Source of the DNA: Podarcis erhardii
Taxonomy: Eukaryota
Length of the DNA stretch: 64,000 nucleotides
Strand: one strand, 5' to 3'
NCBI GenBank assembly: GCA_964252035.1
Contig: OZ176200.1
Part shown: piece after piece, positions 14,321 through 26,413 of the stretch
How the letters are laid out: each line of letters starts with the position of its first letter
Numbering within the stretch: position 1 is the stretch's first letter
Notes under the pieces: model-generated
Databases searched by the model: none
Told to the model about the DNA's origin: nothing
Seen by the model: the letters and a program-made list of their open reading frames with translations, nothing else
Translations under genes and position numbers: made by a program

Positions 14321-14439
14321 CAACTGCATAAATGTATTCTACCATACGCTCTCAGTCATGCCTTAACAACTGCTTAGGAGTTCTTCGTCTTTTTAGTTGT
14401 GTTCAGGAATTTGCCCGAACATGTTATGTTGAAAAGTGG

Positions 14440-14669
14440 GAGCAGGTGCGTGCATGCGAACCTGCCCCAACATCCCCATGCGGAATCATCCTTGCCTGTT
14501 CAGTTCTCGAACAGTTCTAGAGCAGGGTCCCTGGTCACATGGAGGGTTAATCCACGACCGAACGCACCTGTAGAACTACCCTACTCAACATAGGAAGGTT
14601 GGGCCAAGGTACATGGGGACGGATGCACATGAGGATGTTGGGACATGGCATGAATGCATGCCCTTGCTC
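14440..14669. mobile_element. Old palindromic MITE-like element
   Basis: 48-nt arms 14440-14487 and 14622-14669 are reverse-complementary at roughly 70-75% by eye. Confidence 0.45.
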
Positions 14670-16296
14670 TAGCTCCTCACTATTAGACATTGTTCTTATC
14701 CAGAGGTGTCCAAAATCTGGGACCAAGGGGCAGGGTATTCTTGGCTATGGCATCTAGTCTTTGCTACTTCTTAATGGATGTTTGCCTGCACGATTCTGTT
14801 ATGACTTCTCAACAATTGTCAAAACACCTCTTTAATATTTGATGCTCTTCTTCAACATGCCAGCAGGCTTTTGTTTGTCTTTCTGCTACTTATTTCCCCT
14901 TGATAGTACAAGAGCAGTAGGTTGAGAATATGGGATGGTCTGTATGCATCAGGGTCAGCACTAGTTTTGTGTTTATAAAAGTTGCCTGTAGCTGATCTTT
15001 CTGTTACCTGTTACTACAACTTTGTGTTTTCTTTAATGATGCAATTTGAAGGTAAAGGTGCGTAAGTGGCTTGTGCCCAAAAAGCTGCTAGTATGCAGAG
15101 GCCTTGTCACCACACCTTCCTGTGTGTAGACTTCTGCCCTCCCCGCCCCCTAGGCTTGTGCACATGGCAGATGTCAAAGCATGCATGTAACTGAAGAGAC
15201 TAGCCAAGCTGAGTAGACCGCAGTTTAAAAATATAGCTGAAGGTGCAGTTCACACCTTGGCCCTGGGATGAAATTGATTCTGGGTGCCTGGGGCAGGGTT
15301 GATCATAGACAGGGTATAGGGTAAGGAAAATTTGACTTCTCCCTCCCTGTGTTCAGCTGCTACTTTCTCCATGTCTACAGCATTCAGGTGCCAAGGTAGG
15401 GCCTTGCCTTTCTTATCCAGGTTTTTCATTGTTCTCTGCCTCTCTGAGGATGAAATAAATTACCATATTTATTTCACATGTTTTAAAAAGTCACATGTGA
15501 AGCTGCCAAAAGTTGACAGCTGTTCAATGTCAAATGCCAAATAAAGGATCCCCCTCCACACACTTTTCTTCCAGAGCAGTTGGAATTTCCTATGTTCCAT
15601 GGACTCCCTTTGTGCAAAATAGAATCTGTACACACAATTATTGTATCATCTCCCGATCTCTAATCTATCTGTAATGTTAGATTGAAAGCAAATATATCTA
15701 TATTGTTTAGTGATGTAGCATCATTTATTGTTAACGTTATGAGCTTGTGAGTTTTGGATTTCTAGGATTCTGTTTTAGGGTGAAGTCTGAGAGGGCAGAG
15801 AGAGAAAAAATGTCAGTCCAGCAAATCTGGGTGCATATATAGAACTGCCGAACCCCATCTTCAGCCTCAGAATGTTCTATTACATTTTGTACCTCCCACT
15901 TTCTCTTTTCCCCTCTCTCCTTTTTCTTGCTGTCATCCAACCAGTTTTTATTACATCTGCTACCTAGTTTAAAATCTACATGCACTTGAAACATGCCAGA
16001 GATAGTAATCCTTTCTTTGAAATCAAAGTATTTTAATCTTAAGATGTTCTGTGGGCATGTTGCAGAAATTCATCTGATTCATGGGGGCAGCATCCATCTA
16101 TTGTCCCCGATCTGCTGCAAGTATTAACTGCATGCAAACACATGTCATGGCCCTATTACTTTATTTGAAAAGTCACTTCTGAGTGAATGAAGCAGGTTTG
16201 AGCAGTGTCCATCCTCTGTTTAAAGGTGTCTTCGATCTGAAGGGCTGCCTGGCTTAGAGATTTTCTCATTTAGAAAACCCTAAGAAGGGCGAGCAG

Positions 16297-16900
16297 CAGG
16301 GTGTATTTGATTTAAATCAAATCGATTTAAATCACGATTTAAATCACTAGTCAGTAAGACTTGATTTAAATTTTTAAAAAATTACAGAAAGACTCTTGCT
16401 TGCTGATATAATCTTTACAACCAGAAGAAGTTTTCATTTTTGGAATAAGAAATTTTCAGAGTAGTTTTTACAGTTATACCAAAAATTACTGATTTGTCTA
16501 TACTACACATAGACAGATAATTATAAAATTATTGTGAGGTTTAATAAGTTAACTGTTTATATTTGGACTTTTCTGTACTTTATTGGAAGGAGAAAAATAA
16601 TCATTTCCTTAATAACAATTTAAACAATTTATTTAACTAAAGCAACAACATTATAGCATATGTATCCATGTTTGTTAACTGATGTGGTTAAACGATTAAA
16701 AAAACACCTTAGACTGAATTTTAGCACATGTGAAAAACTTAAAACAAATCCTATTTCCTGATGAATAGCCTTTGGACTATAATGTAACTTAAATAGAAAA
16801 CTATATTTACAAATATTTTTCCTCCAAAAGCATTTTATTTTAAAAATCCAACTTAAATAATTTTTTTAAAAATAGAAATCATTGATTTTTATCCACCCTG
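16297..16900. mobile_element. Non-autonomous hAT DNA transposon (604 bp)
   Basis: TIRs cagggtgtatttgat / atttttatccaccctg; perfect 8-bp TSD gcgagcag (16289-16296, 16901-16908); three subterminal GATTTAAATC palindromes at 16309, 16324 and 16336; AT-rich interior. Confidence 0.9.
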
Positions 16901-18890
16901 GCGAGCAGGGACCTTGAAGTTCCAGGCACCTGGATAGCACTTGGGCAGCAGACTGAGCAAACACTTGGGTCACCTGCTCCCAGGCTTCCCCACTAGGGTG
17001 AGAGGTGCTTCCCCCATTTAAATTCGAAATATGCATCTATACATATAAATTTCCATATTCAAAGTACATGCAAATCAGTGTCACCCTTTTGCCCTCTTTT
17101 TTTGTTGATGCAATTCTTTATTGACAACATATGAGAAGGGCCACCCTGATGAAATAATAGGCAAGGAAGCAGCTAAGCATCTCTTCTCTCATTACTTCTC
17201 TGCTTTAGATCTCCCCTGCACCAGAGGGTTCTTGGGGAGAGGCTGGCAGGTTGGTTATACAAATTCACTTGTAATATATAAGTAGGCCCCTGAAAGCGGA
17301 AATCACAAGTCCTCCTTTCCCATTCACCCTCTCTTTTTTTGTATTGCCACGCTTTTTGGTTGGAGGACCAGCTGATGACTGATGACCGGGACAGGCTCCT
17401 CCTGCTCAAATGGCTGGCTGCAGAGGGTCACGACCGAATGTCTTCCTTCTGCAGATCCTGTTGGATTCGCTCTCTCTCTCTTCCCTGTTTTAGTTTGTGT
17501 TGTAGCAACTGCCTTTTCATTTGAGCCACTTGGTCAGGGCGGGGTGCTGTTGAACTGCTGGTGGCTTGGTGCTTATGCCCTCCTTCCCTCTCAATGATCC
17601 GAAATGAATGAGAGGGAGAGGATGAAAGGCCACATGCTTGCACACAAAACAGCACCAAGTATGAGCTGGGATCCATGTTGATTTCCACCAGGAAGCTGCC
17701 TCTCAGCAATTATGTAGTCCCCACTTCCTAAAGAAGAAAAGAGTTTTGTTCCCCTATGACCCTCACTCTCCAGCAAATTCTGCACTCCTTCAAACGGAGA
17801 AACCAGTTCTGGAATGGAACGGGTCAGCTGGGGCCTGAGAACTTTGAGGGGGCGGTGGTTCTGCCTTCTATCTGCTGTGTAAGGGAATGACAACACTTCT
17901 TGTCTTTTAACCTTAACCTCCCTCCTGATAAATAATAATAATAACCCCCTGGAAATATGAAAGATTCTTCTTCTTCTATTTGTATTGTTGCCAGTCGGTT
18001 GGGCTTCTAAAAGCCCCTCCCTGTAAGGTGAAAAGGGACACGAAAGAACAAAACAGTCTGGCAACAGGAGGAGATGAATGACACTGGCAGAGACTATTGT
18101 TCATTTTAATGCTGCAGCAAGGGCAGAGGGAAATGTTCACACGCCATTTTTGGGCATCCTGCTGGGCAAGCAAGGGAAGGGGCAATCCAGCTGGTCATGA
18201 GATTTGGCTGGCCAGATAGAGTTGGGCTGAATAGATTTCTGTCCATTTAGCTCATGTTGTGTTTGGCTTTTTTTATATACTTAAATAGTAGTGCACGGAT
18301 TAACAGCAATGGAACCTGATTATATGAAAAATCTGAGACCATTGTAGACCACTGCAGACACAAGAGTTGTCAGGCTACTAGTACATGATAACCAGGCTTT
18401 AACCCCTTGCAGGTTGACGTATTTTATTCAAGAGCAAAAATACATTGGTTATTAGGATAATTTATGGAAAAACCTCAGTGACCAAACACTTAGAAACAAA
18501 AACTGAGACAACTAGTCCCTGGAATGTTGTCTTTGCCAGACGACTTGCAGGCCAGCAATTTCTGTCAAATCATTTCCCTTGGTGACTGTTCTATAGAATT
18601 GGGACCTATTCCTATAGCTAAGCCTATTTTCTTCACTGTGTTCCCACATTGTGCAGATCCATGTAAAAATATGGAGGATAAGTAGATGAATGGTATACAA
18701 GCAGTATAGACCTGAATATCGGATGCTGGGAGACAAACCACTGGAGAAGATGATCTACCATCATACACTGCTTGCCAATGTGATTAGAAGCACCTCAATG
18801 GCCAGGAGCAGAATGGTTGCTAACATTCATGAAACTTGGTCTGAGGAACTAAGGAAAAGTTACTGGGAATCAGCACAGATATCTAGGACC

Positions 18891-19029
18891 CAGGACTTTT
18901 TTTCAGCCAGAACTCATCAGAAGTCAGTTCTGGCACCTCTCAGGTGGATGCCATTACCATTCTACTAAGAGAATGATGGAGGTGTTAATGGTGAGTTCTG
19001 GCACCTCTTTTTCTAGAAAAATAACACTG
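18891..19029. mobile_element. Short hAT-type MITE
   Basis: Imperfect TIRs caggactttttt / aaaaataacactg; internal repeat of agttctggcacctct; 8-bp TSD ctaggacc / ctagggcc (7/8). Confidence 0.8.
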
Positions 19030-19107
19030 CTAGGGCCTCAAATGCTTCCTTGATGGGAGCAGGCAAAGCTGTAAAGATGATCTGAGGGTTTTGGTTTTTG
19101 TTGTATA

Positions 19108-19468
19108 TGGGCTACTGGATGAGAATAGCTGTACGTCTAGACTTCCCCTATAGAATAGCACCAAGCCTTCTTTTATCAAATGAAAATTTAAAGGGGGGGG
19201 GACAGAAGGGCTGGTTGGCACAGTTAGTTGCCAACTTTGGAGAAGTGCCTGGATTGTCAAATTTCCCTTCCTAAGTAAAGCATTTGGGCTACTGGATGAG
19301 AATAGCTGTACGTCTAGACTTCCCCTATAGAATAGCACGAAACCTCCTTTTATCAAATGAAAATTTAAAAAGGGGAGGGGGTGGCAGAAGGGCTGGTTGG
19401 CACAGTTAGTTGCCAACTTTGGAGAAGTGCCTGGATTGTCAAATTTCACTTCCCAAGTAAAGCATTTG
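19108..19468 (+). repeat. Tandem duplication of a ~177-184 bp unit (2 copies)
   Basis: tgggctactggatgagaatagctgtacgtctagacttcccc... begins at 19108 and again at 19285; both copies end aagtaaagcattt. Confidence 0.95.
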
Positions 19469-20922
19469 TGTCCTTTGCTTTTGGGCATTTTTAGACCCTT
19501 GGGAACGTATATGGTCACGCTTGACAAATCCTCATTGTTCTACTCTCACTCGAATAAGAAAAATGACCGACAGCTAGAATAAAGATGGGGAGCTTGCTTA
19601 TCCATGTCTTTCCTGTTTGTCTTATTTGTCTTGGTGCTCTGTCTGAGCAGCTTGTTAGTGAACTGCCGCTGTGTCTGGAGACTGCCTGATCCATGCCCTC
19701 TGCTCCTTCTGTCACTTGTTTAACGTGTTGTTCTTTAGTTAGTTTGCGCTGCAGAGGAGTGCAGCTGATCATTTCACACAAGCTACTGGAGCCTCGTGAA
19801 AGGGAGCAGTGTGCTGCAAAGTAGAAGCAGGGGCGGGCGGTCCTCTGCCCTTTTCTCTCCCTCTCCCCTACTCCATATAGACCAGCTTTCCAAATAGGAA
19901 TGTGGGTGGCGGGGAGGGTGTGCTAACAGATAGGACTGTAGAAACACTCTCAGGAAAGTTATCCAGTCATTCTACACTCCCTCAGTCCCTGCAATGACAC
20001 CCCCCACACACACACACGTGTGTGCCCACTGGTTTGGAAATGTTTCCGTAGGGAGGTGAAAAGAGCAGGACACAATTGGGAGGAGAACAAAGGTCCTTTG
20101 TGGGCCTTTGGGAACATTCTCAACGGGTTTGTTCAGTGTCCAGTACACATTTGGGGAGGATGGAGAACTGGGGGGGACAGATGCAAGCTTCTGAGGTGGG
20201 TTATATTGCCTGTCTCAGATAGAAACAGCAGTGTTGCCAATTACTCCCAACTGGGTGGCCTCCCAAATAAATAGCATCTATCTGAAACTGAAGGCCATTC
20301 CACCTTGAGTGAAACTTGGAACAGGAGGTTATCGCCCACTGAAAGCCCCTCCTAATTATTAAAGCCATTTGTTGTTGTAGAGCTCAGCTCACCTATCATG
20401 CAAATTTGAGAACATGAATTTCGAGCTGGAAGTACCTGGTAGTTCTTAGTGCCTGCTAGCTTTGTTTTTACTATGATGATGCTAATATTGGGTCTGCTGG
20501 CTTCCAGAAAGGATTACAATGAAGTGACAAGCTTTGTGCTCTTAGGAAAAGTGATATATAAATATTAAGTATTGAATGAAATTTGAAATGCACAAACAAA
20601 AGCACTGCTATGTTTGTATAAGATATGTTTTTTATAAAAACCTTCAGTAGAATCTGACAGATCTTGTTCTGTCATGAATCTCATCCTATGAACCATCTTG
20701 AAGTGCTTTCATAGTACAACAAAAACATGCAACAAATACGTATATAAAAACAGTTGAAACTATTGTGTATATAATAAACAATTTCAGATGCAATTCAGAT
20801 ATAGACGAGGACAGAAATATTAACTTAGGGACTATTTGTTGAAAGAGGAAAGTTGACATTCTTGCTGCCCAGCTTTTTCCTCGCATGTGCGTGCTGCACT
20901 GTAATTGCTCCTTCTGTTCATA

Positions 20923-20927
<5 letters not shown>

Positions 20928-20988
<61 letters not shown>
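20928..20988. repeat. Compound microsatellite (TC)21(AC)9
   Basis: Direct reading. Confidence 0.97.
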
Positions 20989-21638
20989 AATGCACCAGAT
21001 AGTTTGCTCATTTTGCCCATCAGCTGATTGCCACTTTGGCCTTAGTTTCCGAATTTGCCTACTGCAGGATTACCTTGCAATAAGATCAGTACTAAAACTG
21101 TGAAGCACTGAAATACAGAAAAATCACTGTCTGTCAGAGGACCTCCTGTCAGACCATATGTTTCATTTTGGTCATTTGTTTCCTGCTGAAGCTGCTGTTG
21201 AGCAGGACCAAAAGAGCAGGTGGGCAAGAATCATAGATACCAGAAATGTGGCAGCTTAAACGATTTTTAAGATTTGCACCAAAAGGTGACCCGAAGTTGG
21301 TGTCAGGAAGAGCTGAATGCTGTGTCCTGTATGAATTGTGCTTATTTAGTGGAATTACACAAACATTGTTTGTGTGTGTGAATGTGGGTTGTTGTTATTT
21401 AAGGGTGAATTTTGCACCGAGTTGCAAATTCTGTGGTGGCTGCATCAGCAGAATAGTAGCTGGTATGCTAGATTCTGGACTGTGAACTACGCTTAGAGAG
21501 GTTAGAAGCACACTTGCTTCACTGTTTTCCTGGAAGTGCAGTAATGGGTACTGAATAAAAATAACTGGTTATGTCCAAGTCTGCAGGAGGAACTAACCCT
21601 TCTATCATGTGGCTGGAACTTTCCTCTTCTTCAGTTCC

Positions 21639-21687
21639 TTTGTTTTGTTTTGTTTTGTTTTGTTTTGTTTTGTTTTGTTTTGTTTTG
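21639..21687. repeat. (TTTTG)9-10 pentanucleotide repeat
   Basis: Direct reading. Confidence 0.97.
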
Positions 21688-22687
21688 TGTGTCTTTTTTT
21701 AAAAAATTAAAATTTCCCTGTGTTTCTTGGTAGCTTTGCTGAAGTTCGCCTCCTGTGGCTCTGTCAACATTTAACAAATTTTCCTCCAGTTTTCATGTTT
21801 CCTTTGGCTCTGGATCAACACAAACTCCCCAAATCCAAAACTAATTCAGGACTCTAAGTAACAGTAGCATTTAAGTTTTGGAACTGTGCCAGTCAGACGG
21901 GCAGCCTCTTCATGGAGGAACAATCTAATTCCAGTGTCAACAATTGCTGTGGAGCTGGCCTTCCCTTTTTAATGTAAGCCTTTCAGTAATCTAAACAGTA
22001 CTACAAGAGATTGGGACCTGCATCAACATCTCTAGAGCCTAACTGGCCTTTGTTTTCCGGTATCACAGGATGCAATCGCACTTCATTCAGGTCAGAGGCC
22101 AAGACAGGAAAGACAGGCCATACTTTGATTGCTGAAGTGGAGCAGGAGGCTTTATTTTAATTTCCTGAGTTAAGTGTGGAACTCCTGACACACAACTGTG
22201 ACACTGAATTGGTTTCCATTAGGGTTTGCCTAATGATGTGTTTAGTCGCAGAGTAGATAGGGAAGGGTGGGGAGAGGAAGAAAAATGATCTTCTGAATTA
22301 AGCTTGGAAATGCCTCATTTCAGTTTCCTGCTCTGTCCCACAGTCCAGGTGGGTCCACAAGCATATCAGATGAGTTTGAACTTCAGAGGTGAAGAATAAC
22401 AATGGCTTTGGCTTATATGTGCAACACTCAAAAGTCGGTGTTGCAGTGCTTCTGAAGCAGGATATAAAACCCTGGTCGTATCTGACTGAGGTTTGTAAAT
22501 GTTGAGGTGGTTTCTTTTCTCCTTGCTGTGTAGCTTTTCTCTCATGCTGAGTCTTCTATAACAACTGAAGCCATTCTCTCACAAGCCCAGGGATGAAACC
22601 ATGATACAGCCGTTGAATTAATGTTGAAGTGAGGATCATAATGGATTAGAGAACTTCCCAGCGGACAATCAGCTGAAAAGCCCTGCT

Positions 22688-23057
22688 GAATCAGGCCAAA
22701 GGCATCCTGTTCTCACGGGGGCCAACCAGATGTTTGTGGGAAGCCTGCAAACAAGACAGAAGAACAACAGTCCTCTCCCCACTTGTGACTCTCAACAAAT
22801 GGCATTCAGAGGCATGCCGCCTCCAACATTGGAGGTAGAAAACTATCATTGTGGCTGGTAGCCATTGATAGTTTTACCCTCTATATATTTGTCTAATCCT
22901 CTTTTAAAGCTCTTTTAAGTTGGTGGCCATTACTACTTCTCAGGGGAACAAAGTCTAGCTATGCACTTTGTGAAGAAGTACATCCTTTAGCCTGTCCTGA
23001 ATCTTCCAACATTCAGCTTCATAGGATTTCCTCAAGTGTTGTGAGAGAGGGAGAAAA
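22688..23057 (-). mobile_element. CR1 LINE 3' end (ORF2 C-terminus + 3' UTR), degraded
   Basis: Minus strand reads aagctgaatgttggaagattcaggacag...tacttcttcaca...atggccaccaact...agaggattagacaaa...atcaatggcta, matching the CR1 motifs KLNVGRFRT / YFFT / MATNL / RGLDK / INGY. Confidence 0.75.
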
Positions 23058-24364
23058 GGTTTTGACTGGTGGTGGCTGCAAACCTCTTTGGTCCAGCCAC
23101 TTGTTTACCAGCCCCACACATGATGTCATGTATCATGTTAGGACTGGTGGATGTGGCTTGGCTAAAATGGCCTTAGCAGGCCAAATGGGTAGGCCTGGCG
23201 GGTCTAATTAGGTCTACTGGTCAGGGGTCCCCCAACCCTCTCCTCCAACTGTAGAGTCAAGGACTGGATCTTGGTGAGGGCCAGGGCAAGCTTGTTCTCT
23301 GTACTGAGGAAGACTTTTCGTAAGGGAGACTGGAGCCAGGAGGCAGTGAGAATTGAAGCATGACTATTCACAAGCTCTGTAGAAAAGCAGGTGAGATGTG
23401 GGTGGGCTGAATAGGCCTGAACTTCTCTGCTTGTATGGCAGCTGTGCTGTAACTTCCACCACGGTGCATCTTACTTTTCTTTCTGGCAGCACTGCTGGAA
23501 ACATCTAGCCCCATATGAACCCATAAAAAGTATTTATCATTGTGGTTTCCCTCTGCTCTCCCACAAAAAAAAATGGCCAGGATGCCTTTTACTTTCAAGT
23601 CTTAATTTCTTCCAGTTTTCTGGTTAGCAGTGGGGGATCTGTGATGACATTGTGGTCGTGTGGTGCCCCTTATTTGATGAGCCTGGCCTAATTCTGCCAT
23701 AGTCAGCTCAGTCTGGGCAGTTAATAATTCTCCCTATTTTGCTCGTTCTCTAAGGGAAACATAATATGTACTGTGTATGTTTGGTTATATGTTTAAAAAA
23801 ACTTTTATAGAGTAATTCTTTTTCCCAAGATAGCTGCATTTATCTTGTGGTTCAGCTTTTGAAGTTCCTCTGCCTGTGGGATTGCAGAGTAGAAGGTTCT
23901 GTCTCAATTCTTGCCACAAATGGCTGCCCTCTCCTTCACTGGAGAACTTCTCCTGGAAGGCTAGGCCACTGTGGCTTGCCTTCCCAGATTCTGGTGGAAT
24001 AGAGAGTAGCAGCAGAGTAGCCGCTTTGCACAGATGCTCCATCGTTGAAGTGTTGACATTCTTATTCCAAAATAACCCCTTTGCTGACCCTTTAGTATAA
24101 AAGATCTGGTTCAAGTTTTGCTTATGTCATGCCACAATAATGAATAGGGTTCTCTTGCAGCCCTCAGAATCCTCAAAAATGTCATACTGAGCCTGAGCTC
24201 TTGCTTTCTTATCCTCTGGCAATTGCAGCTCTGCTGGTGAAATGGGTACTTCCCTGCAACACAGAAAAATGGGTTTTCTCCAGGCCCCTAGCGAGAAATA
24301 TTGTGCTGTGTTGCCAAAAGCACACAGGCAGTTGGGGAATGTGTTACACGGCATTGTACAGTAA

Positions 24365-24712
24365 AAGGTAAAGGGACCCCTGACCATTAGGTCCAGTCGT
24401 GACCGACTGGGGTTGTGGCGCTCATCTCGCTTTATTGGCCGAGGGAGCCGGCATACAGCTTCCGGGTCATGTGGCCAGCATGACTAAGCCGCTTCTGGCG
24501 AACCATAGCAGCGCACGGAAACGCCGTTTACTTTCCTGCCAGAGCGGTACCTATTTATCTACTTGCACTTTGACGTGCTTTCAAACTGCTAGGTTGGCAG
24601 GAGCAGGGACCGAGCAACGGGAGCTCACCCCGTCATGGGGATTCGAACTGCCGACCTTCTGATCAGCAAGTCCCAGGCTCTGTGGTTTAACCCACAGCGC
24701 CACCCGCGTCCC
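24365..24712 (+). mobile_element. Sauria SINE, full length, with 71-bp flanking direct repeat
   Basis: aaggtaaagggacccctgaccattaggtccagtcgtg ... cacagcgccacccgcgtccc; flanks 24294-24364 and 24713-24783 are identical at 69/71. Confidence 0.92.
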
Positions 24713-25450
24713 AGAAATATTGTGCTGTGTTGCCAAAAGCACACAGGCAGTTGGGGAACGTATTACACGGCATTGTACAGTAAGTTGGTATTAAACTTCA
24801 GGTAGTATAATGTGCCCAGGTACTCATCAGTCTTTGCAGTGCATGTATACCTATTGGTCAGTGCACTGGAACAGAAGACAGGTTTCCTTTTTACCTAAAT
24901 GATTAAATGGAGTACTATACTGCCTCTGCTCTTTTCCTTGTCTTTACATTCCACCCCCATATAATCTCCATGGCTACACCTTTGCTTCTTTCCCTTAAAT
25001 GTCTTGTGTCCCAGTTACCTGAAAGACTCTTTTCTCCTGCATGGACCTCCATTCTAAGACCACCTTCCGAGGCCATTCTTCCAAGTCCCCTGACTTTTGA
25101 AGTAAGGTGGGGGTGGCCAAGGAAACTGCCTTCTCTGTTGTTGTCCCCTGGTTGTGGAATACTCTCCTTAGGTAGGTTTGCTGGGCACCAACTCGGATGT
25201 CTTTTCAGTGCTTTTTATTTGCCCTGGATTCTGATGCAAATTTTTAGACCTGTTTTTATGGCTGGAATTTTACTGAGATGATTATGTTGCCCCTCTTTTA
25301 AATTTACCAGTAGCATCATTTTTCCACTTCTGATTCCAGTCTCTACACTACAGACTCTGAATCTGAAAAGATCCCACGTCAGTTTTGCTGCTTGTGTTGT
25401 TCATGGACTGTATCCTTCAGTTTGGTTTCGGGTGTTGGAAGGGTCTAGAG

Positions 25451-25778
25451 CAGGGGTCGGCAAGGTTTACCCCGCCTGGGCCGGTTCACTCCAGCGGAGA
25501 TCCCTCCGTGGGCCGGATCGTGAGCATGCGTGGTCGCAATTTCCGGCGTCTGAGCATGCACAGATGCGATTTCCGGCACTACGGAAGCGAGTTCCTGCGC
25601 CACGCTGCGCCGGTTTAGCGCAGCATGTGATTTCCGGCACTGCGGAAACGAGTTCCTGCGCCACGCTGCGCCGGTTTAGCGCAGCATGCGGGGACTCACT
25701 AAGCGGGCGGCTCAGGGGCCGGTTAAACAACCCCTGTGGGCCGCTTGTGGCCCATGGACCTTAGGTTGCCTACCCCTG
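25451..25778. mobile_element. CpG-rich hAT/Charlie-type MITE with internal 61-bp tandem duplication
   Basis: TIRs caggggtcggcaa / ttgcctacccctg; flanks gtctagag / atctagcg fit the NTCTAGAN target (6/8); 25566-25626 is repeated at 25627-25687. Confidence 0.88.
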
Positions 25779-26284
25779 ATCTAGCGTGAGCTGCAATTTA
25801 GTGTTAGGGAATGGAGTATCACAGCACAATCCCAGGCAGATTTGTTTGGGAGTCCTGCCATGTTCAGTGTGGCTTATGCTCAGCCAAGTGTGCCTGGTAT
25901 GGCAACCTTGGTAGGCCTCTTCAGGTCAGGCTGTTAGGATCCTGTTCTCTTGAAACAAGATTAATAGGCTGGAGAATACATATTCCCTTTCATAATGGTG
26001 ATAATGGTTTATTAATGATTGTAATGGGAATGGTAATTCAAACATTTGTATTATGAAAAAAAATATGATCAATGTTCCTCAGCAAAAGAAAATATGTTTT
26101 TACTGGAAAAGAAAAATAAGAGAAATGGCTTCCTAGATGTGGGGGACAGAAAATTTATTTTCTCGAAGAAGGTGTGCAAATTTGTTGAAGCATTCAACAT
26201 CAAAGGGATTTGTTTGGCTCTGAAGGTTTTAATGCATATCATGACATAATAGAAGAACATCCTGTCTTTTAGATTGAATGGCCT

Positions 26285-26413
26285 GGGATAGCTCAGACAA
26301 TAGAGCATGATAATCTTGACCTCAGGGTTGCAGATTCGAGCCCCATGTTTCCAGAATTGCAGTGGGTTGGACTAGATGACCCTGGTGATCCCATCCAACT
26401 CTATAATTCTGTG
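26285..26413 (+). mobile_element. tRNA-derived SINE with CR1-type tail (POM-SINE-like)
   Basis: A-box gatagctcag, B-box-like gattcgagcccc, tail gggttggactagatgaccct...ccaactctataattctg. Confidence 0.72.

Noticed and set aside
17173-18064. Overlapping minus-strand ORFs (157, 93 and 78 aa) suggesting an antisense gene or pseudogene
   Set aside because: I recognise no protein family and no consistent exon structure. The charged stretch derives from a TC-rich run.
10200-19920. GC-box-containing patches near 10270 and 19830 as a possible LRP4 promoter/exon 1
   Set aside because: There is no CpG island and no ATG-signal-peptide-donor arrangement. Isolated GC boxes are not sufficient.
24294-24783. 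Direct repeats separated by unique-looking sequence (here and at 19108, 25566) as CRISPR-like arrays
   Set aside because: There are only two copies each, in a vertebrate context with no cas genes. A TSD or tandem duplication explains them.
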